DNA from: Eubacteriales bacterium
GTDB taxonomy: Bacteria; Bacillota; Clostridia; Oscillospirales; CAG-272
Direction of reading: 5' to 3'
Length of the DNA: 64,000 nucleotides
Assembly (NCBI GenBank): GCA_045543615.1
Contig: JAZPXL010000018.1
Coordinates: forward strand, 19,837-83,836
The notes beneath the pieces were generated by a model, which worked only from the letters and a program-made list of their open reading frames with translations, did no database searches and was not told where the DNA came from. Both the position numbers and the translations under genes were made by a program. Shown one piece after another: positions 57,194 through 64,000 of the stretch; the stretch's first letter is position 1, and the number at the start of each line of letters is the position of its first letter.

Positions 57194-59566
57194 TTAAACT
57201 CCGTAAATCTCACTGACAAACTTTACTGTATCCAAGGCAGCCGGAGCGTATTTATCAGCATTCATTGTAAGTGCATATTCTTCCGTCAGTACAGCGCCAC
57301 CAACAACTATTGCCGTAAGTGGATTATCTGCCCTCAAGAACTCAATAGTCTTTCTCATAGATGGAAGAGTTGTTGTCATCAGAGCCGAAAGACCGACAAC
57401 CTTAGCACCACTCTCCCTGACTGCCTCAACAACTTTCGTCGGAGGTACATTTCTTCCCAGATCAATAACAGTAAAGCCATAGCTTTTGAGAAGCACACCA
57501 ACAATATTTTTTCCGATATCGTGAATATCTCCCTCAACGGTAGCAAGCACAACACGTCCCTTTTCCTTACCTTCGCCTCCTTCGGCCGCAATCTTTTCAG
57601 TAAGCACCGAAAGTGCAGCAATTGCAGCTTCAGCGGATGCAAGAAGACCGGGAAGAAAGATCTTGCCGTTTTCATACTCTTCGCCAACAATTTCGAGAGA
57701 CGGAATAATATCTTTGTCAATTATCTCAGTTGCAGTGCGTGTCAGCAAATACTCCTTTGCAAATTCAACAGCCTTGCCGGACATTCCACCACAAATGCAA
57801 CCTCTAAGATCCTTGTCGCTGACTTGTGTATTGGTGGACTGATTTAAATGAGCTGTTATCTGCTCATCCGTTATGTCTGCACCATCCGTGTCGCATCTTG
57901 CAGCACTCATCATTGGTTCTGAGCAGGGATTAAGTATTGCGGCATCCAGCCCCGCCGACTTAGCGGCAAGTAAGAAATCTCTATTTATGCTTTCTCTGTT
58001 CGGAAGTCCAAACGAGATATTTGACACGCCAAGCGAAGTCGCAAGACCGAGCTTTTCCTTGATTGTGCTGACAGCTGCAAGTGTTTTCTTTGCAGCATCA
58101 GGGTCCGCACCAAGCGTAAGCGTGAGTGGATCAACGATTATATCTTCCTTATCAAGACCGTAACGTTGCGCTTCTAAAAGAATTCTCTCAGCGATTTCAA
58201 GTCTGCCATCCGGAGTTTCGGGAATGCCCGATTCGTCAAGCGTAAGAGCAACAACAACTCCACCGTACTTTGCTGCAAGTGGCAGAATAGCATCCATTGA
58301 AGCCTTGCCACCATTGACAGAATTAATAAGTGCCCGTCCGTTGTATCGTCTGAGTGCAGACTCCATAGCAACAGGGTCGGAGGTGTCAATCTGCAAAGGC
58401 AGTGATGTAACATTCTGAAGTCTCTCAACTGTCAGCGTCAGCATCGCCACCTCGTCAATTTCCGGCAATCCGGTGTTGACATCAAGTATATCTGCTCCAC
58501 AAGCAGCTTGCCTGTGTCCCTCACCTATAAGATAGTCAATATCACCTTCTCGCAGAGCAGCCTTCAGCTTGCTTTTACCGGTCGGGTTAATTCTTTCGCC
58601 TATAACAACGAATTTTGAGTCTTCAAAGATACAACATGCCGTAGCTGAACATACAACTCTCTTTGGATAACACTCCCGTTTAGTTATCTCAAGTCCACGG
58701 GTAGCTTTATATAGTTTTTCAATAAACTGTGGAGTCGTGCCACAACATCCACCAAGTAAGCTTGCGCCTGCTTTTGCCATTCTAAGCATAGAATCCACAT
58801 ATTCGTCTGCCGTAATATCGTATTCTGCCCTGCCGTCATCTGTGATTTTTGGCAGTCCTGCGTTTGGATTTACGGTAACAGGAAGTGTTGTTGATGAAAG
58901 GACGTGTGGCAGAATACTTTCCATTTGAACAGGGCCGAGCGAACAGTTCATTCCAACTGAGTCAGCTCCCATACCCTCAAGAACTCGGCAAAGGACCTCA
59001 GGACTTGAACCGGAAAACGTTCTGCCGTCAAGTGAGTAAACATTCGTTACTACAACAGGCAATTCACAATTTTCCTTGACGGCCAAAAGAGCTGCACGAA
59101 CTTCTGCAATATCACCAAAGGTTTCAAGCAAAACAAGGTCAGCTCTTGAAGCTCCGGCACGTACAGTTCTGGCAAATATGCCAACAGCCTCTTCAAAATC
59201 AAGCTCTCTACCGTAACCAACAAGCTTTCCAAGTGGGCCGATATCAAGCGCAATATAAGCATCCTTACCTGATGCCATCACAGCTTTCTCTGCGCAATCT
59301 ATTGACGCAGAGACAATCTCTTCAACGCTATATTCGCTACCATCAGGATAATGAATAACGTTTGCGCCAAAGGTATTGGTTTTTATTATATCTGCACCGG
59401 CGTTCAGATATTGCAAATGCAAGTCAGTTACTGTTTTCGGATGCGTTAAGCTCCACACCTCAGGGCGTGCGCCAACAGGGAGACCCGCTTTTTGAAGCAT
59501 AGTTCCCGAAGCACCATCAAACAACAATATTTCCTTTCCGAGACGCTGGCGAAAAGAAGTTTTCAT
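57194..59566 (-). CDS. metH: Cobalamin-dependent methionine synthase (homocysteine, pterin and B12-binding domains; no reactivation domain)
   Basis: FDGA.GT, GMNCS, GGCCGT, IGERINPTG, GVSNISFG and DIHDIGKN. Confidence 0.9.
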   Translation of the reverse strand: MKTSFRQRLGKEILLFDGASGTMLQKAGLPVGARPEVWSLTHPKTVTDLHLQYLNAGADIIKTNTFGANVIHYPDGSEYSVEEIVSASIDCAEKAVMASGKDAYIALDIGPLGKLVGYGRELDFEEAVGIFARTVRAGASRADLVLLETFGDIAEVRAALLAVKENCELPVVVTNVYSLDGRTFSGSSPEVLCRVLEGMGADSVGMNCSLGPVQMESILPHVLSSTTLPVTVNPNAGLPKITDDGRAEYDITADEYVDSMLRMAKAGASLLGGCCGTTPQFIEKLYKATRGLEITKRECYPKRVVCSATACCIFEDSKFVVIGERINPTGKSKLKAALREGDIDYLIGEGHRQAACGADILDVNTGLPEIDEVAMLTLTVERLQNVTSLPLQIDTSDPVAMESALRRYNGRALINSVNGGKASMDAILPLAAKYGGVVVALTLDESGIPETPDGRLEIAERILLEAQRYGLDKEDIIVDPLTLTLGADPDAAKKTLAAVSTIKEKLGLATSLGVSNISFGLPNRESINRDFLLAAKSAGLDAAILNPCSEPMMSAARCDTDGADITDEQITAHLNQSTNTQVSDKDLRGCICGGMSGKAVEFAKEYLLTRTATEIIDKDIIPSLEIVGEEYENGKIFLPGLLASAEAAIAALSVLTEKIAAEGGEGKEKGRVVLATVEGDIHDIGKNIVGVLLKSYGFTVIDLGRNVPPTKVVEAVRESGAKVVGLSALMTTTLPSMRKTIEFLRADNPLTAIVVGGAVLTEEYALTMNADKYAPAALDTVKFVSEIYGV

Positions 59567-59581
59567 AATAATCTCCTAAAA

Positions 59582-60436
59582 TCAGTTACAAAACTCTGCA
59601 GATAGCTCAGCAGCTATCGTTGGATTATTCATTGTATATACGTGAATATTGCGCACTCCACTTTCATAAAGTGCAGTTATCTGCTTCTTTGCAAACTCCA
59701 TTCCTGCACGTCTGAATCCATCAGCGTCCTCGCTGAATAGATCAGCGCAAGCCAAAAGCGCACTCGGAATTGGTGATCCCGACAGGAGTGCTGTTCTCTC
59801 AAATTGGCGAACACTTGTAATTGGCATAATGCCTGCAATGATTGGAACATCTATGCCGACTGCACGGCATTTATCGACGAACGAAAGATAAACATTATTA
59901 TCAAAGAAAAGCTGGGTCGTAAGATACTCGCATCCTGCCTCAACCTTCTTTTTCAAATAATAAATATCTTCTTCTTGCGAAGTAGCCTCCGGATGACAAT
60001 CCGGATAGCAAGCACCTCCAATACAAAAATCCCCTTTGGATTTTATATGCATAGCAAGCTCATTTGCGTGACTAAATGCCCACGATGATGGATCTCCATC
60101 TGCCGGTATATCTCCCCTGAGCGCGAGGATATTGTTAAGTCCACAAACACTCATCGCAGTAAGGCGATTGTTTGTCTCCTCCTCGCTCATTCCAACACAA
60201 GTCAGGTGATGGATTACCGGAACCGCAAACTTATTCTGAATATTAGCAGCAATTTCAAGGGTAAATCGCGAGCCGCTTCCACCCGCACCATAAGTAACAC
60301 TCATAAATGACGGCGACTGCGCAGCAATTTTTTCCGTCGCTTCACGAACTGAGTCGAATTTATCGGTTGTTTTTGGGGGAAAAACCTCAAAGCTCAGCGT
60401 TCTTTCGCTGCTTTTAATTATATCAATAACTTTCAT
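59582..60436 (-). CDS. metF: 5,10-methylenetetrahydrofolate reductase
   Basis: SFEVFPPK, SVTYGAGG, HLTC, LALRGD, TQLFFD and H.YTMN. Confidence 0.95.
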   Translation of the reverse strand: MKVIDIIKSSERTLSFEVFPPKTTDKFDSVREATEKIAAQSPSFMSVTYGAGGSGSRFTLEIAANIQNKFAVPVIHHLTCVGMSEEETNNRLTAMSVCGLNNILALRGDIPADGDPSSWAFSHANELAMHIKSKGDFCIGGACYPDCHPEATSQEEDIYYLKKKVEAGCEYLTTQLFFDNNVYLSFVDKCRAVGIDVPIIAGIMPITSVRQFERTALLSGSPIPSALLACADLFSEDADGFRRAGMEFAKKQITALYESGVRNIHVYTMNNPTIAAELSAEFCN

Positions 60437-60438
60437 TT

Positions 60439-61446
60439 TTATTCTATTATGCCGAGTCTGAGCTTCAATTCAAGAAGTTTGAGAACGGACTCGTCAATAC
60501 GTTCCTCGCTTATTCTTTCTTCTTCTATGGCTCTCATTATGGCAGGTATCTGCACCTTATAGGATGTGCAACACAGCAAATCGTTTCCTGAAAGAACTGC
60601 CCAAACAGCCGCAGAATCTTCTCCGACAAACTGAGTTATGCCGCCCATATCAAGAGAATCCGTCATTATTACGCCCTCAAAACCAAGGTCTTCCCTGATA
60701 ATCCTGTGCACTTCCTTTGAAAGTGAAGCCGGATACTCAGAATCCATCGCAGAAACAATATTATGAGCGACCATTACAATAGGTGCTCCTGCTTCTATTC
60801 CTGCCTTAAAGGGATGAATATCTGCATCCCAAAACTCCTCTATGGGCCTGTCATCGTGTGCAATCGAGGTGTGAGTATCTACATTGTCACCATAGCCCGG
60901 GAAATGCTTTATAGACGAGCATATTCTTGACTCATTCATCGCCTTGATAACTGCTCTGATATAATCGCAGGTTGTCTGCACATCCTGACCAAGAGTTCGG
61001 TGATATATGTAATTATCAGGGCTATATGTCATATCGCAAACAGGTGCGAAATTGAGGTTAAGTCCAAGATCTAGCAAAAAGCCGGCTTTTTCTTTTGCAT
61101 CCAGTACACAAGCTTCAATCCCACCTTCTGCAAAAAGCTCGGACGGATACTTGAATCTTTCAGGACGAAACTGTGGATACATAGAAACTCTTGTAACTCT
61201 GCCACCTTCTTCATCGACAGCCATAAACATTGGAATCTTTGCCATCTTCTGATATGAGGCAATTGTGTTTCTTATACTTTCCGGCGTCTCATTCTCAAAA
61301 TCCTTTGCGTACCAGGTAAATCCACCAAGGGCGTATTCGCATACTGCCTCCTCTATCCCATCTTCAGGATATCTTGCAACAAACATCTGCCCGACCTTTT
61401 GTCTGAGCGACATAGTTTTAAGTATTTCCTTTGCTCTTGTTCTCAT
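60439..61446 (-). CDS. GH3 beta-N-acetylhexosaminidase (NagZ-like)
   Basis: DEEGG.V.R, APVCD, KHFPGYG...DTH and TDSLDM. Confidence 0.88.
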   Translation of the reverse strand: MRTRAKEILKTMSLRQKVGQMFVARYPEDGIEEAVCEYALGGFTWYAKDFENETPESIRNTIASYQKMAKIPMFMAVDEEGGRVTRVSMYPQFRPERFKYPSELFAEGGIEACVLDAKEKAGFLLDLGLNLNFAPVCDMTYSPDNYIYHRTLGQDVQTTCDYIRAVIKAMNESRICSSIKHFPGYGDNVDTHTSIAHDDRPIEEFWDADIHPFKAGIEAGAPIVMVAHNIVSAMDSEYPASLSKEVHRIIREDLGFEGVIMTDSLDMGGITQFVGEDSAAVWAVLSGNDLLCCTSYKVQIPAIMRAIEEERISEERIDESVLKLLELKLRLGIIE

Positions 61447-61479
61447 TTCGGTCACCTCTGAATAATCGCTATATAATAA

Positions 61480-62220
61480 TTAAAATCTCATTCTAAACTC
61501 AAACGCAGGTTTTGTATCCCCGCTCTTTCTGCCAACAAACGCTAGCTCACCCGGAGTGGATGAGTCCTTGAAAACATCAAACTCGTCACCTTCTCTGAGT
61601 TCGGATACAAACCAGACATCAAGCCTTGAGAGTCTACCCATATTCGCTCTCTCGTCTTCGCTCATAGCATCATAAACAAAATCTCCGTACTTGGTATTGT
61701 TTACGTGTCCAACGCCATCTGTCATACTCGGACGCACTCTTCGGCTCTCAACAAAAAGAGGTTCTGCGTTCACCTTCAGTCTGCGCTCAAGTTTCTCAAG
61801 AATATAATCCTGTGGTGGAACAGTAATAACCGACAGTTTGTCCTTGTTCAAACAAATTCGTCTGCTCTCACTCTCAAAAAGTGTTGATACTGTTGCACCG
61901 ATAGCTACGATCTCGCCATTTTCATCTGAAAAGCAAAAATCACGCCTGAATGATGGAATTCTGCCACCCGAATGCCAGGTAGTACCCGTGAGCTTGTCGG
62001 TTGGCAAAAGCTGTTTCTTCAGCTCAATTGAACACGAAAGCAAAACCCACGAAATCCCGTGATTTTCCATCAGATATTTTTCGCCCATATCGAGCGCATC
62101 AAGGTGTTCCTCGATCATATTCATTATCATTCTCTGATAAGCAGAAGGAGTGAATACTCCTTCTGCGTTATACATGGAAATATCAATATGGATTGGATGT
62201 TTAATACTTTTTTCGTTCAT
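61480..62220 (-). CDS. Acyl-ACP thioesterase family protein
   Basis: Double hot-dog pattern; D..GHVNN.KY. Confidence 0.8.
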   Translation of the reverse strand: MNEKSIKHPIHIDISMYNAEGVFTPSAYQRMIMNMIEEHLDALDMGEKYLMENHGISWVLLSCSIELKKQLLPTDKLTGTTWHSGGRIPSFRRDFCFSDENGEIVAIGATVSTLFESESRRICLNKDKLSVITVPPQDYILEKLERRLKVNAEPLFVESRRVRPSMTDGVGHVNNTKYGDFVYDAMSEDERANMGRLSRLDVWFVSELREGDEFDVFKDSSTPGELAFVGRKSGDTKPAFEFRMRF

Positions 62221-62232
62221 TTCTATTTCAGG

Positions 62233-63906
62233 TCAAAACAGACCGCTAATCCTTCCACTTTCATCGACATCAATCTTTTCAGCGGCAGGCACTTTGGGCA
62301 GCCCCGGCATTGTCATAATGTCACCTGTGAGCGCAACAATAAATCCTGCACCTGCAGAAAGTCTGAGTCCTCTTACGGTAACGGTAAAGCCTTCGGGAGC
62401 ACCAAGCTTTGTCATATCATCCGAGAAGCTATACTGTGTCTTAGCCATACAGATGGGAAGATTTCCAAATCCGGCAGCTGTGAGTCTCTCTGCTTCCTTT
62501 TTAGCTTGAGCAGAAAGAACAACTCCGTCTCCACCATAAACTCTTCTTACTATCTTTGTAATCTTATCTTCAATTGTTCCCTCAAGCTCGTAGCTGAATG
62601 AGAAATCATTTTCCTGCTCGCACAACTCAACAACGTGCTCTGCAAGGTCAATTCCTCCCTCGCCGCCCTTTGCCCAAACATCGGACATAATGGCATTAAC
62701 TCCGAGAGATGCACACTTTTCAATTACAAGTGCAATTTCTGCATCAGTATCGGTCGGGAATCTGTTTACAGCCACCACGCAGGGCAGTTTGTAGACATTT
62801 CTTATGTTGGATACGTGACGAAGCAGATTAGGGAGCCCTGCTTCAAGTGCTTCAAGATTTTCTTCTACGAGTGCTGTCTTCGGAAGCCCACCGTGCATCT
62901 TGAGTGCACGAATTGTTGCAACAACAACAACTGCATCAGGACGAAGTGACGCATATCTGCATTTGATATCAAGGAACTTTTCAGCACCAAGGTCAGCACC
63001 AAAGCCAGCCTCAGTAACGCAATACTCGCCAAGTCGCATTGCCATCTTTGTGGCTGTGACTGTATTACATCCGTGAGCAATATTTGCAAAAGGTCCACCG
63101 TGAACAAAAGCAGGCGTACCTTCAAGTGTCTGAACAAGATTGGGACTCATAGCATCCTTAAGAAGTGCTGCCATAGCTCCTACTGCCTTAAGATCTCCTG
63201 CTGTAACAGGCTTGTCATCGTAAGTATAAGCAACAACAATTCTCGCAAGACGCTCTTTAAGGTCTGTGATGGAATCGGCAAGGCAGAATACAGCCATAAT
63301 CTCCGATGCAACTGTTATATCATATCCGTCCTCACGAGGCACGCCGTTGACTCTGCCACCCAGTCCGTCCGTTACAAAACGAAGCTGACGGTCATTCATA
63401 TCAACGCATCTTTTCCAGGTAATTCTTCTGGGATCTATTCCAAGTGCGTTGCCCTGATAAATATGATTGTCAAGCATAGCTGCGAGCAGATTATTTGCAG
63501 CACCTATTGCGTGAAAATCGCCTGTAAAATGCAGATTTATATCCTCCATTGGAACTACCTGAGCGTATCCACCACCTGCAGCTCCACCTTTTACGCCAAA
63601 AACAGGACCAAGCGAGGGCTCACGAAGTGCAGCTATGGACTTTTTGCCTATTCTGCGCAATCCATCAGCAAGACCGATGGTAGTTGTGGTCTTGCCTTCC
63701 CCCGCAGGTGTAGGCGTAATTGCAGTTACCAAAATTAGCTTACCGTTGCGTTCTTCGGTTTCTGACAGAAGATTGCGATTAACCTTTGCCTTATACTTTC
63801 CATAAAGCTCAAGGTATCTCTCATCTATACCTGCGATTTCAGCAATTTCGGTAATGGGGCGTAGTTTGGCCTGCTGGGCAATTTCGATATCAGTAAGAAA
63901 TGCCAT
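62233..63906 (-). CDS. fhs: Formate--tetrahydrofolate ligase
   Basis: [34 protein letters not shown] and MPGLPK. Confidence 0.98.
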   Translation of the reverse strand: MAFLTDIEIAQQAKLRPITEIAEIAGIDERYLELYGKYKAKVNRNLLSETEERNGKLILVTAITPTPAGEGKTTTTIGLADGLRRIGKKSIAALREPSLGPVFGVKGGAAGGGYAQVVPMEDINLHFTGDFHAIGAANNLLAAMLDNHIYQGNALGIDPRRITWKRCVDMNDRQLRFVTDGLGGRVNGVPREDGYDITVASEIMAVFCLADSITDLKERLARIVVAYTYDDKPVTAGDLKAVGAMAALLKDAMSPNLVQTLEGTPAFVHGGPFANIAHGCNTVTATKMAMRLGEYCVTEAGFGADLGAEKFLDIKCRYASLRPDAVVVVATIRALKMHGGLPKTALVEENLEALEAGLPNLLRHVSNIRNVYKLPCVVAVNRFPTDTDAEIALVIEKCASLGVNAIMSDVWAKGGEGGIDLAEHVVELCEQENDFSFSYELEGTIEDKITKIVRRVYGGDGVVLSAQAKKEAERLTAAGFGNLPICMAKTQYSFSDDMTKLGAPEGFTVTVRGLRLSAGAGFIVALTGDIMTMPGLPKVPAAEKIDVDESGRISGLF

Positions 63907-63927
63907 TTTTGTTCTCCTTAGTTTTAA

Positions 63928-64000
63928 TTATTCGGAGGCCTCTCCGTTTTTGTTTTTATAATTGCGTATAACGCCAACAATTCCATCTAAAATCGGTTTG
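63928..64000 (-). CDS. Possible C-terminal end of an upstream gene (..KPILDGIVGVIRNYKNKNGEASE*)
   Basis: Frame is open to the window edge and ends just before the fhs RBS. Confidence 0.4.
   Translation of the reverse strand, partial: KPILDGIVGVIRNYKNKNGEASE

Noticed and set aside
553..63738. Numerous 60-240 aa ORFs in the track overlapping larger genes
   Set aside because: Antisense or out-of-frame shadows of well-supported CDS, lacking RBS and motifs.
63907..64000. Possible ZTP or THF riboswitch upstream of fhs
   Set aside because: The segment reads as the 3' end of an upstream CDS, and no aptamer consensus was recognised.

Overview
A gene-dense chromosomal segment from a low-GC Firmicute. 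It is most likely a gut-type Clostridia member, inferred from gene content such as MurT/GatD, AddAB, Re-citrate synthase, a class B sortase and ylxM-ffh. It holds about 57 CDS and one tRNA-Thr(GGT). Most genes are housekeeping: hisS, addAB, citrate synthase-aconitase-IDH, rnhA, lgt, rlmD, trmK, ffh/rpsP, glpK, dxs, copA/copZ, metH/metF and fhs. The most unusual structure is at the 3' end of rlmD. The last 39 bp of rlmD and an approximately 170-180 bp leader with two hairpins and a ribosome-binding site occur twice, about 570-580 bp apart. Each copy precedes a different small unknown gene, and no recombinase is encoded in the window. This resembles a tandem array of minimal gene cassettes inserted at the rlmD end, heading an 8 kb co-oriented accessory run that includes a PP-loop ATPase with a ferredoxin partner and a barnase-like RNase. 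Other notable items are an unannotated 20-aa ORF with its own consensus promoter, RBS and hairpin, and a GatD homologue that appears to have lost its glutaminase catalytic residues. No CRISPR array, rRNA, transposase or prophage was seen. All family assignments come from motif recognition by eye, not from database searches.
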